From NCBI GenBank assembly GCA_963666975.2, contig CAXVYR010000004.1, positions 192,001 through 256,000 of the forward strand: 64,000 nt of DNA. Direction: 5' to 3'. The DNA is from Terriglobia bacterium (GTDB lineage Bacteria; Acidobacteriota; Terriglobia; 2-12-FULL-54-10). The notes below the pieces were generated by a model. The model did not search any database, was not told the DNA's origin, and saw only the letters and a list, made by a program, of their open reading frames with translations. The position numbers and the translations under genes are program-made. This document shows, one piece after another, positions 10,594-20,284 of this stretch. Position 1 is the stretch's first letter; each line of letters opens with the position of its first letter.

Positions 10594-12540
10594 GAAGCCT
10601 TGGATCCTCTCCTTGAACTCCACGAATGTTGGATGGAGGAGCCTCCTCTCGTAACCTGCGGGGAGTTCTTTCTCCATGTCCTTATTCACCCAAGTAATCT
10701 TTCCTCCCAGGATCGTCATCAACACTTGAATTCTGTCAATCTGCTCCTCAGGGACTGTGAAATAGTCCTTATCGAGAACCATCAGATCACCGAAGTACCC
10801 GGGCTTCAGATCGCCAATCACATCCTCCCGCATCATGTAGCGGGCCGACCAGGCGGTAACCGTCTTCAGAGCCGTGGCCCGATCGACAGCCTCCTTGGCA
10901 TTGTACAGTTTGCCTCTGAAGTTTCGGGTAACCAGGAACTCTAACTCCCAAAAGTAGGGCACGTCATCCGTCGGGATTCTGTCCAGATTAACCGTGATCG
11001 GGATGCCGCCCTCTACGAAGCTACCGACCCGGAACATCCAGTCCTCGGTTTCCGGGCCAAACAGATCGAGCATCTCGTCACCCTGATAGATGTACAGCGG
11101 CGTCAGGGAAGGAATCATCTCGAATTCCTTCAGCCTCGCGATCTGCTCCGGTCGGACAAACAAGACGTGGTCGAAAGTAATCCTCATCTTCCGTATATCA
11201 TCCATAGTCAAGCCGCCTGCTTTCATTCCCTCAAGCGTCGCTGCCATCAGTTCGTCGATGGTCCTGTCTGCCACGCCGTGGAACTGTGCGGCTCTCACGC
11301 GGTTGGCAATCATCGCGGCCACTGCTTCCCGGAGAGGCGTGCCCGGGTCCAAGCCGCAGATCGGGAAATAATCCTTCCGGTACTTCTCCCTCACAGGCGC
11401 CATGGTGCAGAACACTCGGGCGAACGGAAGATCGCTGGCGCCCTCGCCACCCACTCCGATGTTCCAAAAAAGCTCGCTGCCGATTCCCGCAAAGTCACCG
11501 ACCAAAGGCAAGGTCAGTTTGGGATCGACGACATCTAGCACTTCACTCCGCAGTCCCATCAATTGGTGCGACCATCCTACCCGGACGGGCGCTGTTCCCT
11601 CCCGGGCCAAGTCTGCATGGGCGGAAAGGTCCGTTGTGTAGTTGACCCTTGTCCCGATCGTCGTTGCCCCGTAAGCGGCCAACTCCAGCATTACGTAATT
11701 GAGGCTTTGCTTAAACTCCTGGAAGTGCTTCTGCGCAATGACATGAATCGCCATATACAGCCGGAGCGGTACGGCCGATTTCGCGGTCCCATTCTTTTCC
11801 ACCTCGTCCAGATGACGTTTTGCCAACGGGCCAGGGTCCCTTTCTCGAGATGCTTGGATCGCCAACGTGTTGGCCGTGATCTCCAGCGGGATAAAATCTT
11901 CGGAAACGACAACCGGGTTATTCGGGACAACCCGGTCCAGCCAATCCTTATTAACGATCGGGCCGAAAAGATTTCTCCCCTGGCGGCTGACCAGCCCCAG
12001 AATCCACTTGTCGGGTCCTGGGCCCAGATCCTCGGCGGCCTTCTTCAAGTCGGCTTCGAGAGTTTCCACCATTGCTCTCGGGGGGTTATCCAGAATCGGT
12101 CCAAAGCCCCACGAGATGTCCGGCCTGAGTTCCTGGTAGCGATCGTCCGGCCCCGGGACATAGACCAACTTTACGTCCGGAATGAAAGAGTCAAACCGGA
12201 AGTAGTGTGCCCATTCGTTCGGGTGATTATGGGGATCCACAAACCCAGGCAAGACTGTCTTCCCTTTCAAATCGATCGCCAGTGTTTCCGGTCCCTTGAG
12301 CCGCAAAATCTCCTGGTCCGTGCCCACCGCTAAGACCTTGCCATCTCTAATGGCGATTGCCTGATGGAAGGAGACTATTTCCTTCATCAAAGGACCATCA
12401 AAGGTAGCTATCTTGCCGTTCCAGAGCACTGTTTCCGGATAGTGCAGGACTTCTGAGGGAATCTCTTGAGAGGACACGGGTTGAGAAAAGCCCATCAGGA
12501 ACGCAAAGACGAGAGTGAGGAAAATATTTGCTCTTTTCAT
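10591..12540 (-). CDS. Secreted Amidohydro_3 (YtcJ-like) metal-dependent hydrolase
   Basis: Signal peptide; DLKGKTVLPGFVDPHNH, FHGVAD, ITFDH, NLD, IGDLKPGYFGDLMVLDKD. Close paralog of 54781-56715. Confidence 0.88.
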   Translation of the reverse strand: MKRANIFLTLVFAFLMGFSQPVSSQEIPSEVLHYPETVLWNGKIATFDGPLMKEIVSFHQAIAIRDGKVLAVGTDQEILRLKGPETLAIDLKGKTVLPGFVDPHNHPNEWAHYFRFDSFIPDVKLVYVPGPDDRYQELRPDISWGFGPILDNPPRAMVETLEADLKKAAEDLGPGPDKWILGLVSRQGRNLFGPIVNKDWLDRVVPNNPVVVSEDFIPLEITANTLAIQASRERDPGPLAKRHLDEVEKNGTAKSAVPLRLYMAIHVIAQKHFQEFKQSLNYVMLELAAYGATTIGTRVNYTTDLSAHADLAREGTAPVRVGWSHQLMGLRSEVLDVVDPKLTLPLVGDFAGIGSELFWNIGVGGEGASDLPFARVFCTMAPVREKYRKDYFPICGLDPGTPLREAVAAMIANRVRAAQFHGVADRTIDELMAATLEGMKAGGLTMDDIRKMRITFDHVLFVRPEQIARLKEFEMIPSLTPLYIYQGDEMLDLFGPETEDWMFRVGSFVEGGIPITVNLDRIPTDDVPYFWELEFLVTRNFRGKLYNAKEAVDRATALKTVTAWSARYMMREDVIGDLKPGYFGDLMVLDKDYFTVPEEQIDRIQVLMTILGGKITWVNKDMEKELPAGYERRLLHPTFVEFKERIQGF

Positions 12541-12893
12541 AGCACCTCCACGCAGAATATTCGTAGATGTTATCGGTAAAGCTCTGTGATCACCTGCTTC
12601 GGACGCTTTTGTTATGGGCGACCATACTCCCCGCCTGCCTATCTATCAAGGCGTTTCCTGATTCCAGCTGTAGTTGTGCTGAATCGAGCTGCCGTATCCA
12701 TCAGGAAGTTTCTCCTTCGGGAAAAAACCTGTAGCTCGGCAGCAAGCGGTCCGTCAGCGGAACAAAAGCGTCGAACATCTCAACATAGGCCTGAAATGAG
12801 TGAACTTGACAATTCATCAGTATACTGTCTCCACTTCACTGATGGGACCCACAAGGCGGACTCCTACAACTCCTATTCTTGACGGTTGCGGTT

Positions 12894-14822
12894 TCAGTAA
12901 CTTGGGTGCCTGAAAACGGTCTTTCCTCCAACAGAGGTGAGCAAGGTCTGGATGGTCCCTATCTGGTTGTCGGGAATCACGAAGTAATCCTTGTCAATTA
13001 CAATAAAATCAGCCAGCTTCCCTACCTCCAGTGAGCCGATGTTTTTCTCGTTCAGCACCTGCTCAGCTCCCCAAATGGTAGCCGCCTTCATCAGGGTCAC
13101 TTTATCCAATGCTTCGCTTGGGTTGTAGGTGATCCCGTCATGGGGCATCACGCGGGTGGCAAAGAATTCCATAAAACCCCAAATGTTCCCGTCCCACTGC
13201 GGCGGGTAGTCCATGTCCTTCGACTCGGGAAGCACCTTGTGCAAGTGCGCGTCGGTGTTGAACACCACCTTCACGCCGGCGTCCGCCAGAGTCTTCACCG
13301 GGACAATCCAGGGCATGTACTGCTCGCCGTAGGCTTTCAGGAAAGCTCCGCCCTTGATGTCTCCCTGAACTTGGTACCCGTTAAAACTGGGCATGATCCC
13401 ATACCGGGCCATCTTCGCGGCCTGATCGGGGCGAAGAATCGGGTTATGTTCCGTGCTGATCCGGGCGGCCTGCACCTGCTCCAGTGTCAGGTTGCCGTTG
13501 GACATCGTCTCTTCAATCACGCTGAATAATGCGTCCATAGCCCCATCGCTATACACATGCAAGTAGCCGATCCGCAAACCGGCTTCCAGCGCCGCCCGCA
13601 CATTCCGGTAGCCTCCATACTGCTCGTAATCAGTCGCTCTGGGGTCCGAACAGGCCATGAAAAGTTCCACCGGGTTATTGGGATTCGGTTTGGCAGCGGT
13701 ACAGGTACCAACCCCTCCCTGCCCCTGAGGTCCCCATTCCCAGACTTCATTGGAAAGCCCGGCGTTCCAGATGTAATCGTTCCCGATTCCGCGGAAGTCT
13801 CCCAGGTTGCGATAAAAGAAACCGAGATCGTCCTTCTCATTGTCCCAATCGGTGCCCACAAACCACGCCCACCGGACGGGCAGCTCACCCCGCTGGTAGA
13901 GCAGATTGTGGGCTTTCATGATGGAAGGGGAGGCGTAATAATGGTTGCCAAAAGTAGTGACTCCCTGGGCCGCCAAACATTCCAGCAGTTCCCGCTTGAG
14001 AAAGTCCATCGTCTCCTCTATCCGCCCCCGGAGAAGAATGTCATATAAGACTCCGGTACGGGAGTATAGTCCCACTTTTTCGCGGCCCAGATACTTTTCC
14101 ATCTCCTGTTTGGCTTGGGTATTGTTGGCGGCGGGACCGATGGCCTCTCCGACCATCACCATGAGCGGGTTGTTCGGCGCCAGAGTGTCCAAGAATTCAC
14201 GGGTAAGCGGCGCAGATGACATTCCCCTCCCCTCCGCCCATCCCGCTTGCGGAAAGAGGGCATTGACGATCTTTCTCGATTCGACCAGGCTGTTCCCTCC
14301 AAACAGATTCACCCAAATCCACTTGCCGGGGCCCAATGCCCTGGCCCTCTGCCGGACAATCCGTTCCAGTTCCCGCAGCACCGTGGCCTGGTCATCACCC
14401 TTGGCGTAGAAGATCTGCAATTGGGGATCGTTGTACTTCTTGGCGGCAAAGTCTCCTTCCGAACCCAACCAGTGCTCCACAGCCCAGAGATGCGGATGGG
14501 TATGACCATCGATCAGGCCCGGCAGCACCCGCCGTCCCTTCGCGTCCATGACCTCGGTGTTGGGACCGGCCAGAAACCGGATCTCGTCATTCGTTCCCAA
14601 CTCCAGAATCCGGTTGTTCTTCACCGCCATGGCCTCCACCTCGGTCAACCGCGCGTCCATGGTGGAAATCTTGCCGTTGACGACAACCAGCTCCGGATAG
14701 GCATTGAGCCGGTCCAGCTTCCGCATCAAATCTGCCGCGCTTTGCCCCTGGGCCCTGCCAGGCAGGAGAAGAAAAACCAGGGCCCACAAAATCGACCCGC
14801 TCAAAAAGCTGAACCGTCTCAT
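12894..14822 (-). CDS. Secreted Amidohydro_3 (YtcJ-like) metal-dependent hydrolase
   Basis: Signal peptide; DAKGRRVLPGLIDGHTH, LHVYSD, ISTEH, NTDAH, GSLEVGKLADFIVIDKD. Confidence 0.88.
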   Translation of the reverse strand: MRRFSFLSGSILWALVFLLLPGRAQGQSAADLMRKLDRLNAYPELVVVNGKISTMDARLTEVEAMAVKNNRILELGTNDEIRFLAGPNTEVMDAKGRRVLPGLIDGHTHPHLWAVEHWLGSEGDFAAKKYNDPQLQIFYAKGDDQATVLRELERIVRQRARALGPGKWIWVNLFGGNSLVESRKIVNALFPQAGWAEGRGMSSAPLTREFLDTLAPNNPLMVMVGEAIGPAANNTQAKQEMEKYLGREKVGLYSRTGVLYDILLRGRIEETMDFLKRELLECLAAQGVTTFGNHYYASPSIMKAHNLLYQRGELPVRWAWFVGTDWDNEKDDLGFFYRNLGDFRGIGNDYIWNAGLSNEVWEWGPQGQGGVGTCTAAKPNPNNPVELFMACSDPRATDYEQYGGYRNVRAALEAGLRIGYLHVYSDGAMDALFSVIEETMSNGNLTLEQVQAARISTEHNPILRPDQAAKMARYGIMPSFNGYQVQGDIKGGAFLKAYGEQYMPWIVPVKTLADAGVKVVFNTDAHLHKVLPESKDMDYPPQWDGNIWGFMEFFATRVMPHDGITYNPSEALDKVTLMKAATIWGAEQVLNEKNIGSLEVGKLADFIVIDKDYFVIPDNQIGTIQTLLTSVGGKTVFRHPSY

Positions 14823-14970
14823 CGTTTTTACCTCCTAGGGGGGAAGAATCTCCTAACTTCCAAAGCAAGCTTCTTAGCTGATCCTGCTCATGGTTTCATC
14901 ACATGGTGAACGTGGGTCTATGGTCACGAACTTCCCTCCCTTGCCCGCCAGGAAAACTGCAATCAGAACC

Positions 14971-16599
14971 TTATCCGGGATCCAGTGAGCCAATTTTTCC
15001 GGTCCAGAATTGTGGAAACCAGATTCTTCCCTGCGCATCCTCTCCCAAAAACCTGGAAATGGCGTCAAAGGTGGGAATAGGATACTCGGTAAATTCCTCG
15101 GTCTCCGGATTGAACCTTGTGAGCTGGTTGCCGGAAAAATCACTCACCCAAATGTGCCCGCTTCTCGCTACCAGGAGCCCGTACGGCGTCGCATGACGAG
15201 TAGGGAACGAATACTGCGTGATTTCCCCGGTTTTCGGGTCTAGTTTTCCGAGCTTGTGTCCCAGAAAGTTTGCGAACCATACATTGTCTTCCGAATCCAC
15301 ACCCACTCCACGAACGGCAGCCATCCCGGGCACTTCGTACTCGGTGAACTTGCCCGTCGGAGGGTCCAACTTCAGAATCTTGCCCGTGCTATACAGGCTA
15401 AACCAGACCTTGTCTTGAGAATCTACGCTGATTCCGTAGGGGAATGTTTCGATCCTATCCGGAGTCCGCTCTCCCGTCGCAGTCTGGGCGGACAGGCTGG
15501 TGTCCTCCGGAATCGTTTTGGGAACCGGCACGAGGAACTCCTCGAACTCCTCCGTCCGGGGATCGAACTTGGCGACTTTATTGGCAGTTCCCCCCTCTGT
15601 AAACCAGATGTTCCCCGCCGAGTCAATGGCTGGAATGTGAGAGCCTGATGAAGGCGTCGGGCCAGGGTATTCGGTTATTTCCCCAGTTTGGGGATCGACA
15701 ACGCCCAGGCTGCCTGCTCCGCTCATTGTCACCCAGACTCTTCCATCTTCGGCGACAGCCAGGGTGTGCGGCGCTGCTTTCGGCGTGGAAATGGGATACT
15801 CCTGAAAAGTTTCCGTCTGGATATCAAACCGTCCGATCTTGTTGGAAAAATAATCATACTCTCCGAACCAGACATTCCCTTTCGAATCCACCGTCAGGCT
15901 GTGGGGCTTGGATTTGGTAGGAATCACATATTCGCGGTATGTAGCCTGCAAAGCCGCGTCGCTGATGGGTGGACGCTGAATCTGCTCTCGTGCCGGAAGT
16001 GGAGAGTCCGATCCAAAATGTTTTTCCAGAATGGAGCTGATATAAGCCAGACGGGGCGCGGGCAAGCGGGGAATAATGAAACTGCTTCCCATTCCCAAGA
16101 TCAAGCCACTCCATTGCGCCGCCGTCAGTCCTCTCCTGTCGATGATGGGATTCAAGCTATGACAACCTAAGCAGGCCGCCTCCAATGCCAGCACATCCCG
16201 ATCTTCCGGGAGGAACGTGAGCCAGTCGGTGGTGGAGATTCGGTGTACATCCCAACTATCTTTCAACCGAAAACTAGCCTCCGCGGACTGGCCCGCTTCG
16301 ATACTCTGGATCTCCGTGCCCGGGGCGAACGCCCAGGCGGAGGCAGACACCACCCAGTTGCCGGGTTCCAGTCCTGTGATCTTGTATTGCCCCGTCTGGT
16401 CGGTAAAGCGGGAGATACTTTTGTCGTCCGCTGTGACTTTTACGATTGCCCCCCGCAATGGTTTGCCCCCCTCATCGGTCACCGTACCACGAATAGAAGC
16501 ACCCATTGCGGAACCACCGGAATGATCGCGGAGCCTGACGGCGAGCCAGCCCGCGGCGATCAGAATTACAATGGCGAGAACCGTTGTCTTCGTTTTCAT
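14971..16599 (-). CDS. N-anchored protein: carboxypeptidase-regulatory-like domain, monoheme cytochrome c, and virginiamycin B lyase (Vgb)-like beta-propeller
   Basis: N-terminal hydrophobic helix; GTVTDEGGKPLRGAIV..TDQTGQY; CLGCH..W..M heme module; repeated P(H/Y)x(L/I)xVDxxGxVWF..KIGxFDPxTxxFxEY blades. Confidence 0.85.
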   Translation of the reverse strand: MKTKTTVLAIVILIAAGWLAVRLRDHSGGSAMGASIRGTVTDEGGKPLRGAIVKVTADDKSISRFTDQTGQYKITGLEPGNWVVSASAWAFAPGTEIQSIEAGQSAEASFRLKDSWDVHRISTTDWLTFLPEDRDVLALEAACLGCHSLNPIIDRRGLTAAQWSGLILGMGSSFIIPRLPAPRLAYISSILEKHFGSDSPLPAREQIQRPPISDAALQATYREYVIPTKSKPHSLTVDSKGNVWFGEYDYFSNKIGRFDIQTETFQEYPISTPKAAPHTLAVAEDGRVWVTMSGAGSLGVVDPQTGEITEYPGPTPSSGSHIPAIDSAGNIWFTEGGTANKVAKFDPRTEEFEEFLVPVPKTIPEDTSLSAQTATGERTPDRIETFPYGISVDSQDKVWFSLYSTGKILKLDPPTGKFTEYEVPGMAAVRGVGVDSEDNVWFANFLGHKLGKLDPKTGEITQYSFPTRHATPYGLLVARSGHIWVSDFSGNQLTRFNPETEEFTEYPIPTFDAISRFLGEDAQGRIWFPQFWTGKIGSLDPG

Positions 16600-16656
16600 A
16601 GACTTCTCCTTCCCTTAGGGAACTAAAGGGCCCTTCCCTTAGCGGGCATGTGCTTT

Positions 16657-16866
16657 ACATCACTTTCACAGTTCGCGTGTAGTCAGAGCCGCGCGCGTAA
16701 TCAAGCGCTCTCCGAACGTCAGGTAAGCAAGCAAAGTTTGATGGACCGCTCCCTGACCCCTCGACTCTTCCCTCGGTTTCGCTCGGGACAAGGCTCGGGG
16801 CAGGCTCTCGCGGCTCGGATGGATTCACCGACAACGCACTTTACAGCAACTCTGAAACCGGCCTAG
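16657..16866. repeat. MITE/REPIN-like element, copy 2
   Basis: See copy 1. Imperfect terminal inverted repeat TTTCACAGTT / AACTCTGAAA. Confidence 0.85.
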
Positions 16867-16946
16867 CCGGCTTCAAAGTGAAAGGTGTTTGTCGCTTGAG
16901 GAAACCTCAGCGATCAGGAGGCAGGCCGCTTCTTGCACTGCCTCGG

Positions 16947-18401
16947 CTAGTCTGGGAACAGCAGCTTCTCTTGATCCCTGGATCTGGACGGGCGTGGAAT
17001 TTGGTCGACGAAATCTCCGTGCAAAGTGGTATCCAGAACGCGCCCGCTCTGGATTACCCTGTGAATCTTCTGAGTGTTCCGGATGTCCTCCAGCGGGTTT
17101 GCATCCAGAATCACGAAATCCGCATACTTGCCCGGCTCCACGCTCCCCACCTCGTGCCATTTCCGGAACTTCTCAGCCGCATACCGTGTCGCCCCCAAAA
17201 GCGCCTTCATTGGAGTGAGTCCCGCATCGACCAGCAACTCCATCTCCCGGTGGAGGTTGATGCCGTACATCTCATAGGGCGTGGCATCGGACCCGGCCAC
17301 AATCTTACCGCCCGCCTCGGAAAACTGTTTCAGGAACAACTGCAGGTTCTTATACCCTTGCTGATACCTGGCGCCTGACTTGATCCGGCCAAAAGAATCG
17401 TAGGCCATGAAAATCCAGCGGCGGTCCAGCTCCGGGACGAAAGCGTAACTCGGGTCTGCCAACAAGGCCCGGTCCTCCTGCTCATACTGCTTGGAGAAGC
17501 GGTGGCCTCCCAGCCAGTAGCAGACCAGTGTCGGGGTGACGGAAGTCCCTTTCTCCACGAACAGTTTGATCAAGTCCCCGTACATCTCGGGTTTCATGTA
17601 ATAGAAGCTTTCCGGGAGGGTGGAGTGATCCACCATATACCCCGTTTCGGTGTACCTTTTTTCTTCGATTTCGTTCAGTTTTTCCCGATCGGTCATGGTG
17701 GCGATTTGAATGCCGCTGGCGTGCTCGATGGAATCCAGACCCATCAGGACGGCCTCCCGGGCGCTGATGGCAATATGGCCCGTTACGGGAATACCATTCA
17801 GGTGGGCTTCTTCAATGACCACCCGCAGCAGGTTCGGCCGCAGCTTTTTGTAAACCTTGATTGCATTCGCCCCCTGCGCCGCCAGAGTGCTGACGGCTTC
17901 TCGGGCGGCCGCCTCCGTGTCGACAACATACCCATAGCCGAAGGTGGACGGCGGGTTATCCACCATAGACCCGGTGGTATACACCCTCGGCCCGGGAAGC
18001 CGTCCCGTTTCGATGGCCTGCTTTTGAGAGAGAATCCACGCGCCGATGTTTCCCGTGTCCACGACGGTTGTGATTCCGTAGTGAAGATAGATGGGGGCGG
18101 AATAGCCGGCATAGTGCGTGTGGCCGTCAATCAAGCCGGGAAGGACGTATTTCCCACGGGCGTCAACCACGCGGGCTCCCGGAGGGACCGGCTGGTTCGC
18201 GTCGCCAGAAATGCGCAGAATTTTGTTATCGCGAACAACGATGACACCGTTTGTCACGGGCGGGGCGCCGGTGCCGTCGATGAGGGTTCCTCCTCGGATC
18301 ACCAGAAACGGGCTTTCTGCTCCCTCCTGGGCCTGCTGAGCGAAGGAGGCTGAGAAGTTTGCAAGAAACAGGACGACGAAGAAGGCGGTTAAGCGCTTCA
18401 T
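16947..18401 (-). CDS. Secreted amidohydrolase, tandem paralog A6
   Basis: Signal peptide ASFA|Q; IDGHTHY, AIKVYK, TGHIA, SIEHAS, AGSD, GSVEPGKYADFVILDANPL. Start placed at MKRLT after an RBS. Confidence 0.92.
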   Translation of the reverse strand: MKRLTAFFVVLFLANFSASFAQQAQEGAESPFLVIRGGTLIDGTGAPPVTNGVIVVRDNKILRISGDANQPVPPGARVVDARGKYVLPGLIDGHTHYAGYSAPIYLHYGITTVVDTGNIGAWILSQKQAIETGRLPGPRVYTTGSMVDNPPSTFGYGYVVDTEAAAREAVSTLAAQGANAIKVYKKLRPNLLRVVIEEAHLNGIPVTGHIAISAREAVLMGLDSIEHASGIQIATMTDREKLNEIEEKRYTETGYMVDHSTLPESFYYMKPEMYGDLIKLFVEKGTSVTPTLVCYWLGGHRFSKQYEQEDRALLADPSYAFVPELDRRWIFMAYDSFGRIKSGARYQQGYKNLQLFLKQFSEAGGKIVAGSDATPYEMYGINLHREMELLVDAGLTPMKALLGATRYAAEKFRKWHEVGSVEPGKYADFVILDANPLEDIRNTQKIHRVIQSGRVLDTTLHGDFVDQIPRPSRSRDQEKLLFPD

Positions 18402-18516
18402 GAGTGTTTTCTCTCCTTCCGTTGAAAAGCAGCTGCCGGACACGAATAAAATTGCGGGATTGGTTCGCGGCGGGCCGCTCTCCGCTTCCCAGGCTCGCTT
18501 TTTTGAAGCGTCCCGC

Positions 18517-19980
18517 CTACCCCCCGAAAAGTAGCTTTTCCATCGAGGGAATGGCCTCTTCGTCCGCTTGTGGCGGTGGATACTTGTCGATGAAGTCCCC
18601 GTGCAACGTGGTGTCTACGACCCGTCCGTTTTGAATCACCATGTGAATCTTCTGCGTGTTCCGGATGTCCTCCAGCGGGTTTGCATCCAGAATCACAAAA
18701 TCCGCGTACTTCCCCGGTTCTACGCTGCCCACTTCGTCCCACTTTTGGAACTTCTCGGCCGCGTACCGGGTGGCCCCCAAGAGCGCCTTCATGGGAGTCA
18801 GGCCCGAGTCCACCAATAATTCCAATTCCCGGTGGAGGTTAATGCCATGCATCTCATAGGGTGTTGCATCTGAACCCGCCACAATCTTTCCTCCTGCCTC
18901 GGAAAACTGTTTCAGAAATAACTGAAGGTTCTTATATGCCTGTTGGTATTTGGGCGTCATTTTGTACTCGCCGAACTTATCATACGCCATGAAAATCCAG
19001 CGGCGATCCAGTTCCGGAATAAAGGCGTAAGCCGGGTCTGCCAACAGGGCCCGGTCCTCCTCCTCATACTGCTTGGAGAAGCGGTGGCCCCCGAGCCAGT
19101 AGCAGACCAGCGTGGGAGTTATCGAAGTTCCCCTCTCCACGAACAACTGGATCAAGTCTGCATACAACTCCGGCTGCATGTAGTAAAAGCTCTCCGGCAG
19201 CGTTGAATGACTCACCATGTAGTGCGTGTCCGTGTACCGGTTCTCTTCGATTTCCTTCAGCTTTTGCGGATCGGTCATGGTCGCGATTGAAATTCCGCTG
19301 GCGTGCTCAATCGAGTCCATGCCCATCTGGACGGCGTCCCGGGCGCTGAGAGCGATGTGGCCGGTTACGATAACCCCCTGGGCGTGGGCTTCCTCAATGA
19401 CCGCCTGAAGTAGTTCGGGCCGCAGTTGTTTGTAGATCTTAATGGCGTCGGCCCCCTTCGCCACGTGGTCTCTCACAGAGGCTCTGGCGGCTTCCTCCGT
19501 TTCGACGGTGAATATGACGCCATACAGAAAGACCGGCGGAGGGTTATCAATCACGGATCCTGCCGTGTAAATCCTGGGTCCCGGAACTTCCCCCTGTTCG
19601 ATGGCTTTTCTCATGGTGTAAATCCAAGGAGATACGTTGCCCGTATCCACAACCGACGTGATTCCGTTGTGCAGGTACAACGGCCCAGCATAGCCGGCGT
19701 AGTGTGTGTGCCCGTCGATCAGGCCCGGAAGCACGAACTTGCCCTCCGCATTAATCACCCGGGCTCCCTCAGGAGCTGGCTGATTCGCGTCCTCGGAGAC
19801 GCTCTGGATCCGGTTGCCGCGGACAACAATGGTCCCGTTCATCCTGGGTTCGGCTCCCGTGCCGTCGATGAGCGTCCCACCTCGGATGACCAGGGATGTG
19901 GCATCCGGCGGACCCTCGGTGGGAGGGGCGGAGCAACTTGCCAACAACAGGATAGGCAGCAAAGCCGTCAGGTACTTCAT
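18517..19980 (-). CDS. Lipoprotein amidohydrolase, tandem paralog A5
   Basis: Lipobox LLASC; same HxH/K/H/H/D metal ligands as A6. Confidence 0.92.
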   Translation of the reverse strand: MKYLTALLPILLLASCSAPPTEGPPDATSLVIRGGTLIDGTGAEPRMNGTIVVRGNRIQSVSEDANQPAPEGARVINAEGKFVLPGLIDGHTHYAGYAGPLYLHNGITSVVDTGNVSPWIYTMRKAIEQGEVPGPRIYTAGSVIDNPPPVFLYGVIFTVETEEAARASVRDHVAKGADAIKIYKQLRPELLQAVIEEAHAQGVIVTGHIALSARDAVQMGMDSIEHASGISIATMTDPQKLKEIEENRYTDTHYMVSHSTLPESFYYMQPELYADLIQLFVERGTSITPTLVCYWLGGHRFSKQYEEEDRALLADPAYAFIPELDRRWIFMAYDKFGEYKMTPKYQQAYKNLQLFLKQFSEAGGKIVAGSDATPYEMHGINLHRELELLVDSGLTPMKALLGATRYAAEKFQKWDEVGSVEPGKYADFVILDANPLEDIRNTQKIHMVIQNGRVVDTTLHGDFIDKYPPPQADEEAIPSMEKLLFGG

Positions 19981-20079
19981 AATGGTTTCCTCTCTTCCTC
20001 TGAAAAACGGCTCGGGGGGGCGGCCAACCTTTATAGCGACCTGTCCATCGGACCCGGTTTAGGCTCGCTGGAACCCGGC

Positions 20080-20284
20080 GAGCCCGGATTTTTCACCAGC
20101 GCCGGCAGGTGCGGCTGAAATGCCGTAGCGGGCGATTTCTTTCGCCCCTGCCGGCGCTCGCTCCCCATTTGGAAACGCATACCCCCGGCCTCACGCCCGG
20201 GACTACATTCTGTCGTAGGGCACTTGCCGCGCCGCGCGAGTTAGCAAGCGGTTCATTAGACCACTTTTTCAACAAGCTGCCTAG
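20080..20284. repeat. REP-type palindromes between A5 and A4
   Basis: GCGCCGGCAGG/CCTGCCGGCGC inverted repeat; CCCGGCCTCACGCCCGGG hairpin; uninterrupted GCCGCGCGAGTTAGCAAGCGG arm; TTTTTCAACAAGCTGCCTAG end matching 5377. Confidence 0.6.

Noticed and set aside
9980-10594. Small ORFs overlapping REP/MITE elements (also 16648-16866 and 38935-39183)
   Set aside because: They are translations of non-coding palindromic repeats.
14971-16599. Streptogramin-resistance (vgb) call
   Set aside because: Only the propeller fold is shared; the extra heme and anchor domains and the catabolic context argue against it.
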